From the human T2T-CHM13v2.0 reference genome, Homo sapiens: a stretch of 64,000 bases of DNA. The DNA lies in NCBI RefSeq assembly GCF_009914755.1, contig NC_060926.1; one strand, given 5' to 3'. The translations under genes were made by a program, and so were the position numbers. Below are positions 39,761-52,914 of this stretch, in pieces (the stretch's first letter is position 1; every line of letters begins with the position of its first letter). A model generated the notes under the pieces. The model ran no database searches. It was not told where the DNA came from and saw nothing but the letters and a program-made list of their open reading frames with translations.

Positions 39761-40800
39761 GTTAAGGAAAAAATCCCTAAGAGTTTTGAAGGTAGCACTC
39801 CTGTCTCTTAGACTTCCATACTGTTGTGATAAGCATGAAGGAATTCTAATTTCTGATTGGCTTCACATAACATTTTAAAATTTTTATGGAAATTTGTATG
39901 GTTTCATTTCTGGCTCTATGCTGAAATTTCACAATGCTGAGCCCTGGTGTGAGTCTTCTTTCATCCATTGTGCTGAATACCCACTTGATGGACCCCTTAA
40001 TCGTGGTAAATGATCTTGCATTTGATCTTTGATGTCTTTTTCTCTTGCCTCTATTCTTTCGTTTTGAATATCTATATAAATATTGAATCTCCTGGACTGA
40101 TTCCCCAAATTACCTATGCTCTATTTCATTGTTTTGTTCTTCCCCCTTTTCTATCTTTTTTATGATTTGTTTTACTTTCTGGCATATTTCCAATTCTTTG
40201 TCATTCAACCATTCTTTGAGACTTTAAATTTCTTTGAGCATATTTTGAATTCTCCAGCATTTGCTCTTTGCTCTTTGAGTTTTGATAGTTTCCTGTTTTT
40301 TCTTCTCATGAATATACCATCTTTACTTACCTCTAAGATAATACTAATGATAAACATAGTTTTTAAAAAAACTCCCTTTTTTCCTTTATGTTCTTATATG
40401 TCGTTTCTTGTGTCTCCTAAGAAATCAGCCCTAGAAAAAACAAACACATTTAGTTACAAATATGGCATTTTTCTTTTTTTTTTTTTTCTGTTGGCTCTTT
40501 AGACTAAAACAAAACAAAACAACTTTCTGCATTGTCTGCCTCCTTCAGGTTACCTTTTTCTTTGTATTTGTCTTGACCTCTGTCTTTTGTGTTAGAGAAT
40601 TTCCATGGAAATTGAATGCTCATCAGCAATCCAGTTGCACTAAGTGTGGTGCACCAAAAAGCAGAATAAGCTCTGTGCTACACTCTTGTCAATCGTGAGC
40701 TCCACTTCAGGGTTAATTTGGGTGACTGGCCATTCCACTGGAGGAGCACAGATGTCAGTATATGGGTCTCTTCTGTTGATCAAATTTATGTGGAAATAAT

Positions 40801-40805
40801 CTTTT

Positions 40806-40845
<40 letters not shown>

Positions 40846-40858
40846 TTTTTCTTTTTTC
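40801..40858. repeat. (TTTC)n microsatellite
   Basis: Read directly. Confidence 0.95.
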
Positions 40859-41268
40859 AATAAGATTGGCTTTCTGAGTTCTGAGAGGTGAGTGGAAAAA
40901 GAGAGCTGGAGCTCACAAAATGCAGAATATGAGATTTCACTTAACTCTCTGTTTCTCAGCCTTCATTAGGACCCTCAACTGTGCCTGAGGTTCTCTACTC
41001 CAGAGGCCCTCTTTTTATCTCATTCATACCAAAGGAGTGAAGTACAATAAAACCTCACTCCTTTTCTCTGGGTGGCCTATGGAGAGAGTCGAGATTGGAT
41101 CTCAAACTATGTTTCTCAAAGGGACTTTAAAAAAATCATTTGTTTTATGTCTCTCTCACATAAACATATCCCTGCAAGGGCCCTGGTGTCGTAAATTTCT
41201 GATCATCTTGGAGTTTCTGCACGAAGAATTGCGTTTCTTCTCATTGTTTTCCTATTGCTAAGCCAGCT

Positions 41269-41315
41269 TGTGTGTGTGTGTGTGTGTATGTGTGTGTGCA
41301 CGCATGTGTGTGTGT
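41269..41315. repeat. Imperfect (TG)n microsatellite
   Basis: Read directly. Confidence 0.93.
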
Positions 41316-41489
41316 CTGCTAAATCCATCATTAAGTGGTCCTTTTGTTTTTGAGCTTCCAAAATGTTGTTTCTCTATTCTGTCCATTTTTTCTTTATCCT
41401 TGTGGGATAAAAACAAAACAACAGTAATGGATACAACCCTTTATTGTCATTAGACTGAGTTTTTGAGAGAAGTGGAGATAAACACCAAT

Positions 41490-42040
41490 ATCATTATGCT
41501 ATTTTTGTGTGACGAACTATCAAACGACTTTACAACTGAGTGTCTTAAAGCAGTAAATATTGAATATTGCTGAGAGTCCTTGGATCAGCTGCATAGTTCA
41601 GGTAATCTCACCCAGGTCTAGCCGACCTCTCCTGGACTCACTTAGATATTATGGTGAGCTGACAAGTTGGCTGGACTCTGACTGTCCTAGGATGGTCTGA
41701 TTCATATATCAGAACATCAGCTGGTTGACCAGCTGTTTGCTGAGGTGATGAGTTTGCCCAAGCCATGGGTCTCTCATCATCCAGGCTGTTCTAGGCTTGT
41801 TCTCTGATGGTTCTTAGGATGAGCTTTCCAAAGGCAAAAGCGAAGCATGTAACCCTTATGATTGCGCATGGCACATCATCACTTCCACCACAGTCTATTC
41901 ACCAAAACAGGTCACAAGGGCAATCCAGATTCAAGTAGTGAGGAAATCTTGGTGGACAGAACTACAAAGAGACATTTCAAAGGCTTCGATATGGGGAGTG
42001 GTGAAGATGTGAGGATATTCCTGCAATCAATCTACTACTT
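41490..42040 (-). mobile_element. MLT1F-like solo LTR
   Basis: ggcacatcatcacttccaccacagtctatt...caggtcacaagggcaatccagattcaag. Confidence 0.7.
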
Positions 42041-42075
42041 AAGTTCAATCCAGTGATTTTAATCAGAATTCCCCT

Positions 42076-42906
42076 TGTGATAAATAGAATAATGGTCCCC
42101 CAAAGATGTTCACGGAATAATCCCTGGAACCTGTGAATATGTTATCTTTCGTGGGAAATGGGGCTTTGCAGGTATGATTAAATTAGGGATGTTGAGATGG
42201 GGAGGTGATCTGAGATTATCCTGGTGGGTCCAATGTAATCATAAGGGTCCTTCTAAGGGGTGGTAGAAGAGGAGGAGTCAGAGGAGATGTGAAGACAAAT
42301 CAGAAGTCTGAAAGATGCCATCACAGGTAGGGCCCACAAACCAAGGAAGGCAGAGAGTTTCTATGATATGATTTGGCTGTGTCCCTACCCAAATCTCGTC
42401 TTGATTATAACTACCACAATTCCCACATGTCCTGGGGGGAACCTGGTAGGAAGTGATTGAATCATGGGGGCGGGTCTTTCCCATGCTGTTCTCATGATAG
42501 TGAATAAGTCTCATGAGATATGATGGTTTTAAAAATGGGAGTTTCCCTGCACAAGAACTTTTCTCTTGTCTGCCACCATGTGAGACGTGCCTTTCACCTT
42601 TCACAATGATGGTGAGGCCTTCCCAGCCACGTGGAACTATAAGTCTATTAAACTTTTTTCTTTTGTAAATTGCCCAGTCTTGGGGATGGCTTCAGCAGCA
42701 GCATGAAAATGGACCAATACATCCTATAAGGTAGAAAAAGCAAGCAACAGATTCTCCTCTGGAGCCTCCAGAAGTCACGCAGCTATTTCAACAAATGGAT
42801 TTTAAGACTTTTGATTTCTGAAAGTTTTAGATAATAAACTTATGTTGTCTTTTAAGCCATTAAGTTTTTGATAGTTTATTGTATATTATTAGAGAAAACT
42901 AACACA
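42076..42906 (+). mobile_element. MLT1D-like LTR split by THE1B
   Basis: agaataatggtcccccaaagatgt...aatccctggaacctgtgaatatgtta; resumes gattctcctctggagcctccagaag...aaactaacaca. Confidence 0.85.
42364..42721 (+). mobile_element. THE1B-like solo LTR
   Basis: tgatatgatttggctgtgtccctacccaaatctc...gggtctttcccatgctgttctc...aatggaccaataca; TSD ttcta/tccta. Confidence 0.9.
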
Positions 42907-43199
42907 TCTCACTGTTCTTTCAGTTCAGCCATGATATATTTGGATTTTTGCCATAACTACATGCCACTTCTATTATTATTTTCTTCAAAAAAGAAAATCT
43001 ATTTTGAAAAAAATATATTCCTATGTAAACATTAATATATCTGAAATAAAGAGGTATTCCAGTTTTTTTAACACACATAAAATAAATGAAGTTATTAAGA
43101 AAACGATTTGTTCATATTCCACAAGAGGGGTATATAGTATGCAGCATTGCTCAATTTTATTTGACTATGTTGCTCTTTCTTCGTGAAACTCTAATTCAC

Positions 43200-43460
43200 T
43201 AATTAGCTGATTGAATATTTTATTGAGCACTTACTATGCACGAGACATGTGTGAACAAGAAAGATGAAATCTTGTCTTCATAGAGCTAACACTGTAGTGC
43301 AAAACACAGACCACACATACATTTTTAAAAGTGCATAATAAAATACAGGCTCTGATAAAGGAAAGAAAGTGCTGTGCTAGAGGACAACTGGGCAGTGTGG
43401 GGTGAAGGTCTGGGGTATGGGCTAGGCTAGTATCTGGCAAGATTAGTTCCCTGGAAAGAG
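43200..43460 (-). mobile_element. L2 3' end
   Basis: tattttattgagcacttactatgc...tgaacaagaaagatgaaatcttgtcttcatagagct. Confidence 0.7.
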
Positions 43461-43913
43461 GTCATTTACAGGCTCATATTCTACTTATTTCTACATTGAA
43501 ATCATCCAGCTCCCTGGGGTCAAAATTAAGGAAAGGATTTTCTCATTCTGGCCCTTCTAATTTTTGGCCCCACTAATCCATCAGCAAATTCTGTTGATCA
43601 TTGTTTGTAAATCCTCTTGCGTCACTTACTTATTTCCATTCTCAATTTCTCACCCAGGCTAAAATTCTTATAGCAATTCTTACAAAGCCTCTTATAAAGT
43701 GACTTTTCATCTTTTTCTGCACTGGTAGCCTGGATGGATGCAACATGCTCCCCAAGGATTGAAATAAGTTCTGAAGATGAGGGTCAGGGCTAGAAGTCCC
43801 ACAGGTGATTGACAGTGTTTCCACAGGCAGGGACAGTTATACTTTAGTGACTCCATCACTTTGAGGAGGGGGTGCCTCATTCCTACTTTAGGACAACATA
43901 AGTGTGGCTTCAA

Positions 43914-44248
<335 letters not shown>

Positions 44249-44559
44249 TTAAACGGAAACTGTGGGTCTACTTCCCTGGCTGCTTGTGCCCTTCCTGACC
44301 CAACGCTCTCTTTTTTACACTGCCAACCAGGAGCAAGCCTGAGAGCTTTCAAGGTGCACCAAGATAAAGAGTAATCAGTTTCCCAATATTCTTTAAACTG
44401 CCAATCCACAAAGGCAAATAGGAGCATGTTTACATCAGTTTTAGGCTTGTCTTCAAGTTCAGTCTTTCCCACCAAGTGCAATCTCTGACCACTTGTTTTG
44501 ATGTGCAGGTGGGTGTGCTTTCTGCTTTATGCAACATCATCATGCCTTTTAGAGTAAAA

Positions 44560-44720
44560 ATGTATTTTAGAGATTATTTAGTTCAAACAGAACAGTTTAA
44601 GAGATAAAGTCTAGAGACATCATGCAACTGGCTAGAAATCACATAGCTAGTCAGTAACAAATCTAGGATTCAAATTTGGGATTCCTGACTTGTATTCCAA
44701 GTCAAAGCTACCATATTGAC
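44560..44720 (-). mobile_element. MIR/MIR3 fragment
   Basis: tcacatagctagtcagtaacaaatctaggattcaaat...tcctgact. Confidence 0.6.
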
Positions 44721-45772
44721 TTTCATGCTGATAAAACGTAGAATTGAGACAAATGGTTGCTTTAAAGTGTATTTACAACTCTTGTTTGAAATTATATAAT
44801 ACACTCTTAGATTTATTTTACTTTATTAGAGTATAAATATTTGTTGGTTGTAATTGCCTACAATACAGTCTATGACATATATATTTTTGGCTGAATTCTT
44901 TCTTCCTTAACTTGTGTGTCCTTGATAGTAAAGGATTCATTATCTTCTCACTGTCCCTATGTCTAGGGAATTTTACAATAAATGTTTCGTCATTCTTTTT
45001 GTTTCCCCGCAACAATTTTCAGTGTCCTTACTATGTTAATTAGAAGAAAATATAGCAATGCTTCAGAGATGTCCTGGAGGGCCACTTCTTGAAACTTTCT
45101 CTGCTATAAATCACAATGTGTTTTCTTTCTTTTTTTTGTGGGGGTGGTTGGAGCAAGGAATACAGCTTTAAATATAGACCTTCCAAGAACAAATTGCAAG
45201 GGGGTTTTCTCCGGTTAACTACTCTCAGAAACATGTTTAGAATTGTTTCTACACAGTATCCTTCTTTAGCAGTCCCCAAATATTATAGGAAATCATTAGA
45301 TAACAGCTATTTCAATTCCCTGTTCTTCATCCAACCAGTGCAAGGTGACCACGAAAGCATTTGATTTCTCATGTTCTGATTTTCAAAAAAAACTTCAAAA
45401 CTCTTTTTAAACAAACTATCCACTCTATTGACAGGAAAATGGAATACACAAAGCTAATCAAAGGTTTTTATACTCTTTACCTAGTGTCATGGGCAAACTT
45501 AAACTATGGTGTTCCTAACCAGTACATGTTTACTTGTACTTTGGGTACTTCAGGCACAACAAAGTGCAGCACACATGCCGTTTCTCTCATTCCCTGAGCC
45601 AGGCAGACATAACCAACCAATCACAGAACCTTGATGCCAAGGCTTTATGTGTCCTCAAAATCTTTCTTAATACAGCCTCTAGGGAGCCACTACACAATAG
45701 TCACCTTACGTATGTGGATTTCAAGCCTAGTAAGCAAAGCTGTACTACTATAGTTATTATATCTATCTTTAG

Positions 45773-46240
<468 letters not shown>

Positions 46241-46270
46241 TAAAAAACTTTTCAGAACTTTAATACTCCC

Positions 46271-48581
46271 TGTATCATTAGTTAATTCTCACACTGCCAT
46301 AAAGAACTACCTGAGACTTGGCAATTTATACACAAAAGAGGTTTAATTGACTCACAGTTACTCATAGCTAGGGAGATCTCAGGAAACTTACAATCATGGC
46401 GGAAGGTGAAGGAGAAGCAAGGCACCTTCTTCACAAGGCAGCAGGAGAGAGAGAACAAGAAGGGAAGTGCCATACTTTTAAAGTATCAGATCTCATGAGA
46501 ACTCACTCACTATCACAAGAACAGTGAGGGAAAAATCTCCCCCATGATCCAATCACCTCCCACCAGGCTCTTCCCTTGACACATGAAGATTACAATTTAA
46601 CACAAGACTTGGGTGGGGACACAGAGCCAAACCATATTATTCTGCTGCTGGCCCCTCCCAAATCTCATATCCTTTTCACATTTCAAAACCAATCATGCCT
46701 TCCCAACAGTCCATCAAAGTCTTAACTCATTCCAGCATTAATTCAAAATTCCAAGTCCAAAGTCTCATCTGAGAGAAGGAAAGGCCCCTCCACTTATGAG
46801 CCTGTAAAATCAAAAAAAGTTAGTTACTTCCAAGATACAATGTGGATATACGCATTGGGTAAATGCTCCCTTTCCAAATGGAAGAAATTGGCCAAAACAA
46901 AGGGGCTACAGGCCCCATGCAATTCCAAAACCCAACAGGGCAGCCATTAAATCTTAAAGCTCCAAAATCTCCTTTGACTCCATGTCTTATATCCAGGTCA
47001 CACTGACACAATAGATGGGCTCCCAAGGTCCTGGGTGGGTCTGTCTCTGTGGCTCTGCAGGGTACAGCCCCTTCGGCTGCTTTCACAGGCTGGGGTTGAG
47101 TCCTGCAGCTTTTCCAGGCACACAGTGCAAGCTGTTGGTGGATCTACCATTCTGGGGTCTGGAAGATGGTGGCCCTCTTCTCATAGCTCCACTAGGCAGT
47201 GCCCCAGTGGAACTCTGTATGGGGGATCGAACTCCACATTTCCCCAATGCATGCCCTAGTAGAGGTTCTCCATGAGGGCTCCCTGCAGCAGACTTCTGCC
47301 TGGACATCCAGGCAATTCCACACATCCTCTGAAATCTAGGTAGAGGCTGCTAAGCCTCAACTCTTGACCTTTGTGCACCCACAGGCTCAACATCACGTGG
47401 AAGCCACCAAAGCTTGGGGCTTGCACCCTCTGAAGCAATGGCCCATGCTGTACCTTTGCTTCTTTTAGCCATGGCTATCTTGAGCCACTGGGACACAGGG
47501 CACCAAGTCCCAAGGCTGCACACAAAACCATTTATTCCTCCAGGTCTGTAATGGGAAGGGCTGCCATGAAGATCTCTGAAATTTCCTGGAGACATTTTCC
47601 CCATTGCCTTGGCTATTAACATTCAGCTACTCCTTACTCATGCAAATTTCTATAGCCAGCTTGAATTTCTCCCCAGAAAATGAGTTTTTATTTTCTATTA
47701 CATGGTCAGGCTGCAAATTTTTGAAACTTTTATTCTCTGCTTCCCTTTTAAACATAAGTTCCAATTTCAGATCCTCTCTTTATGAGCACATATTAGCATA
47801 CATTTTTGGAAAAAGCCAGGTCATATCTTGAATGCTTTGCTGCTTAGAAATTTCCTGTACCAGATACCCTAAATTATCTCTCTCAAGTTCAAAGTTCCAC
47901 AGATCTCTAGGGCAGGGGCAAAATGCTTCCAGTCTCTTTGCTAAAGCATAGCAAGAGTGACCTTTACTCCAGTTCCCAATAAGTTCCTCATCTCCATCTG
48001 AGAACACATTAGCCTGGACTTCATTGTCTGTATTACTATCAGTATTTTGGTCACAACCATTCAACAAGTCTCTAGGAAGTTCCAAACTTTCCTTCAAGTT
48101 TCTCTCTTCTTCTGAGCCCTCCAAACTGTTCCAACCTTCCTTTGTTACCCAGTTCCAAAGTCACTTCCACATTTCTAGGTGTCTTTATAGCAGTACCCTA
48201 CTCTCAGTACCAGTCTTCTGTATTAGTTCATTCTCACACTGCTATAAAAACTACTGGAGACAGGGTAATTTATGAAGGAAAGAGTTTAATTAAATCACAG
48301 TTCTGCATGGCTGAGGAGGCCTCAGAAAACTTACAATCATGGCAGAAAGTGAAGAAGAAGCAAGCACCTTCTTCACAAGGTGGCAGGAAAGAGAAAGCGA
48401 GAAGGGAAGTGCCACACTTTTAAACCATCAGATCTTGTGAGAACTCACTCACTGTCATGAGGACAGCGAGGGGGAAATTTGCCTTCATTATGCAATCACA
48501 TCTCACCAGGCCCCTCCCTGACATGTGGGGATTACAATTTGACATGAGATTTGGGTGGGGACCCAGAGCCAAACCACAGCA
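46271..48581 (-). mobile_element. Full-length THE1D-like MaLR: 5' LTR 48219-48581, internal 46640-48218, 3' LTR 46271-46639
   Basis: Two homologous LTRs (tgtatt...gagccaaacca) flanking ~1.6-kb THE1-int; ORF remnant EGSEEER..ESLELPRDLLNG typical of THE1/MST internal regions; degenerate TSD ctccc/ttctc. Confidence 0.93.
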
Positions 48582-49749
48582 TTCTCATTGGTAAAATGTA
48601 GATGTGACTTGAATTAAGTTTCTCAGTTCTAAAAATATGTAGGTCTATTATTTGTATCCAAGAACATTTGCGAAGAAAACCCATTTACACTGCTGTAGAA
48701 ATTAGTATTTAACTAGAGACATTGTCGATTTAAAAATTTCCCAAAAAGAAATGTTTCTGAAACTCTAGTGTGTATAAAAAGTACTAAAAGAATGTTTTCA
48801 AGTTACATGATTATATATACCAATAACATGTAAGTAGAACTGGTACATAATACATTTTTCTATCATTAGTAAAATGTGTTATTTCAAAATGGAATTAGTG
48901 CCATCATGTAACATGCCTGTGAATGTGTCTTTGTCACTCAACCAGCATCTAGCTTAAAAAGAAAAAGCAAACAAACAAAAATGGGAAAAAGATTGTGGCT
49001 TAATATGGCCAAGGACAGTCAAACCTTTGGGTCTTGGAGTCATGAAGTATGGATATCCTTCTTAGGATTATACTCCTATTTTTTCCCACCCCACATAGGT
49101 CTTCTACTTTATCAGCAGTGTAGGGAATGCATTTTAGTTGAGGGGAATGGAGGATATGATTCATTAATGTTTACAAGTCTCGAGTTGTAGAGAGCCTGTC
49201 ATGTTCAGGAGAGATGGAGATTAGGCTGACCTTCTATACTAGTTTCTTACACAGGGAGAAATAAAATGAAAATAACTAAGGATAGGTCAACTCAGAGTCA
49301 CTACCATATAATAGGTCAGGAAGTCCAATAACAGCAATAACTAAAAACAAAAGAAAGTGAGATGATTAAACCACAAAGCCCTCAGGCAGAAATTGGCTTT
49401 AGAAACCTAGCCATCTCTGTTGTGATGGGCTGGGTATCACTCTATATTCATAACAATAAAGTGAATTTGAAAGAGAAATTGAACTTTGTAAATGAATATT
49501 TACATATGTAAATGAATATAAGCTCTCTCCTAAAGATACAGTTTGGGCACAGCTCACTTAGAAATAATCATGTTCCTCCTTTTAAAAAAATATATTTTTG
49601 TACTGATTTTATAGTAGATATTGATACTATCTCAATCAGAGAGAAATACAGAAGACACAAGACAAATATGTTTATTTATGTAGATAGTTTTTTATCATGC
49701 ATATTTAGCCAAAAGTTTTACTCTATTTATTAATGGTAGATCCCTAACC

Positions 49750-50115
49750 TGTGGTAATCATTAGGGTTGTTACCAGTGTTTCAATTCTGGTGGAATTTTA
49801 CATCCCTTAGACCATGTGACTTCCATTGGCCAATATAGCATGATGAGGAACATGAGCAGCAATGAGGTGTTTAATTCTGGGTGGAAGCCTTGGTGAGCCC
49901 GCATGAGATCAACTATGTTCCTTTTTTCCTGCTCTCGTGACATTATAGATGTAGAGGTTCTGTCATCCTGAGTCCCTGAGTGGGAGTGACATGGAATAGA
50001 GCTGCTGTCAACCTAAGAGGGCAATGTAACATACATGGGAAATATATTTTGGTTAAGACACTCAGATTTGGAGGTTGTTACTGCAGCCTAGTGTAGCTCA
50101 TTCTAACTGATAAGC
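49750..50115 (+). mobile_element. MLT1K/L-like solo LTR
   Basis: tgtggtaatcattag...gaccatgtgacttccattggccaat...cctgagtccctgagtg...gttgttactgcagc...ctaactgata. Confidence 0.7.
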
Positions 50116-50738
50116 AGGATTTCTCCAGCATTTAGTGTTGTAGCAGAATTGCATGATGAAAAAGCAGTAACACCAACTTAGCTGGAGAGAATATTGGATT
50201 CAAATCACTTAGCTGTAATACAATCCCTTCTCAATACTCTATAGTCAGTTAAGTGCAAATCTCTCTGGTGGCTGAAACTCTCCTTACTAGTACTTTGTGG
50301 ATACTCCCAAATCGTAGAAATAAACAGATTGATCCAGGGTCTGGTGGGGGAAGAGAATCAGAGTAATGATTAAATGCGGGAGACTCAATGGGTAGAGGGA
50401 TCAGTTTTACTGGAACACATGTCAGAAAGAACCTAATAGTTCTACAAAGTGAGTAGTAAGGATTTCTAAATTCATTATAAGATTTGAAAATTCAATAACC
50501 TTGTACTTCTGTATATCAGGGATCTATGATAGGCTAAAACTGTAAGACCAACAAATAATTAAATTGTTTGAACAGTTAGATTATAAAAACCTGAAAATCA
50601 GGATGTCATTTACTTATAGTGTGACTTACTGAAGTCATTTAACCCCTTGGCCTCAGCCGCCTCACGTGCAAAACAAAAATGTTTTAAATAGAAATGAAAT
50701 TAACATTTGAGCTAGATTTTGATAAGTTCCCTTACATA

Positions 50739-50939
50739 CGATGGTAGGCTGGTAAATTTATCAACTGTGTCTGTGTGTGTGTGTGTTTTTCTTAGTATTT
50801 GCCCCTTTTTTTGGTATAAATATTTCCAACCGAGACAGTTTCATGCTGTTAACCTAATGTGACTGAATGCAGAGCTGGCAAAACTTGCTGATGATCATCC
50901 TTCATTGGAGCAAGAACAGGCTAGCTTCAGCACCTCATG
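50739..50939 (+). mobile_element. MER63A-like (hAT-Blackjack)
   Basis: gatggtaggctggtaaattt...ggtataaatatttccaacc...gactgaatgcagagctgg...gcttcagcacctcatg. Confidence 0.7.
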
Positions 50940-50945
50940 ATTATA

Positions 50946-51025
50946 GTTGGTTGGTGCAAAAGTAATTGCGGTTTCTTGTAATTACTTTCAATGGCTAAAA
51001 CAGCAATTACTTTCATATTAACCAA
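50946..51025. mobile_element. MADE1 (Hsmar1-derived mariner MITE), palindromic
   Basis: ggttggtgcaaaagtaattgcggtttc...aaaacagcaattacttt...aaccaa, flanked by TA dinucleotides. Confidence 0.92.
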
Positions 51026-52914
51026 TATCTTTACTGGTATGATCCTTGCAACTAAGATGACTAGTGAGAGCTTCATGATTTGTTCTGATTTCCAGGATCT
51101 TGACTCTTCTCTGAATTTTTAGGATTTACTGTATGCGCCATTCACTTGGCATTTAACTGCATGCTTTCTTAGACATGTCTCACATTTACATCTTGTTATT
51201 TTGTTTAATTTAAAAATATTTTGTAACTGTTTGATAGAGATATGTCTTATTTTTCAAGCTGGAAAATACATTACATGGGGGAAAATTTTTGTTTTGTGCC
51301 TCTCAGTGTCTCTTCCATATCTTGGCCCATTTAATGGTTTTTTAGGTAAAAGTAACATTTAAATGTTTCCCCTGCTTATTTCTGTGCTGAATAAAGTCAG
51401 CTTAATATTTTCATGTATATACATGTTTAGCAAACAATAAGCCTAAGTGGTTATTTTGCATGTAAGGTGCTGTGCCAAATGACATTTGTCAGTTTTATGT
51501 GCAGTTATTCTAAATTACAGATTTCAAATATAATAATAATTATGAGGAAGAGGTTGAGAAAAATGAATATTTGGTAGAGTTTTACGTTAAAATAAATTCC
51601 TCAGAAAATCTATATAATAATCTATACAATAATATAGCCTACTTCCAATATAAGTGATCAGATTGTAAAATACTGACAGAGCTGCAGACTTAAAGAATAA
51701 TACACCATTTTATTGTTTACAGGCACAAATGCCCAATCTGATGACAAAATATGCTTCAAACATCTGCTAAAAGGTTCTTTGGTTCATTTTTGTTTCTAAG
51801 AAAGGGAATATTAATATTGTTGGATGTTCAAATTATGCAAGTGGCATTCATTGTAGAGCATAGTATTAATTACCAACTGAATCAATGAAAGAAACAAAAA
51901 GCAATTGTTTGATTCAAAATAAAAGGTTGGAGACATTTATATGTCTGTGTACGTGTTTATTTTCTGTTTCTCTAATATCCTGCTTCAAGAGACAAACTGG
52001 TATTCATCAAAACGAGCTAGTTTTATGGAAAATCAGTGCAATTCAGCATCCTTTCCCAAATTGGAGTAATTTAGATAGAAATAAATCATAATGGTGCTTA
52101 TTTCAGGCTTCTTAGCATGTGCAAAAAAGTGTTCATTAGCTGTCCCTATAGAGGTTCAGGACACTAAGAACCACTGTATCTGGATAGTGGCACACAGCCA
52201 TAGCACCACCACAAGCAGCATTGGTCGATAAGATCACTCATATTTTCAAGACCAAGAAAACTAAATAACATAAATCATTTCAGTTATGTATGAATGTGCT
52301 AAAAAATGAGAAGATAACTTTTTTCCTAATGGCTTCATTTACACTGAATTTGGATTTGTGTGTTGTTATTTTAAAAAAGGAAGAAAAGGTGAAACACTGG
52401 AAATCATGGTCTGTGTCTAGGAAGTAGATGAAAAACCAACAGCTGAGTGAATAAATTCAAATTCTAGAGGATATTTCTGTAATTCATAGGCTATCACAAG
52501 TGATAAATGAAAGCAATGTTCTAATTCCTCCAGTTAGCCAATTTTTTTGAAATGTAAATCTTTGGTGGCTTTTCTTGGTTTATTTCTTGGTTTATGTTTT
52601 TACTGTAAGCACTTTATATCACTAAACTTGAGGAAAGATCAATTGAATTTAAAAAGTCTGAAAAACAGAGAAAAATAAACTAAAATACATGAGGACCTGT
52701 GGAATAATAGCAGAAGATCCAGCATTTGTATTATTGTAGCCAATAATACAAATTGACTATTTCTGTAGACTACTATTATTGTAGTCAAAGAAGGGCAGGA
52801 AGAAGAGTGAGGAGCTAAAACAGCGTTTGAAGAAATAGTGGGTGAGAACTTTCCAAATTTAGTGAAAGATGCAAACCTACAGATTCAAGAAACTGAATAA
52901 AATTCGCATATTTA

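Larger units (their letters stand above)
38430..41480 (-). mobile_element. Old L1 (L1ME/L1M5-like) relic, fragmented
   Basis: T-rich antisense L1 motifs (atagtttatctgggtacggaattctgggttg; ctgaaatttcacaatg...cttctttcatccattgtgctg; attgaatctcctggactga). Confidence 0.6.

Noticed and set aside
40116-40502. 128-aa F/L-rich, membrane-protein-looking ORF
   Set aside because: Artefact of T-rich antisense old L1 sequence
47780-48124. 114-aa ORF MEGSEEERNLKESLELPRDLLNG
   Set aside because: Remnant of the THE1 internal ORF; the rest is disrupted by stops and frameshifts
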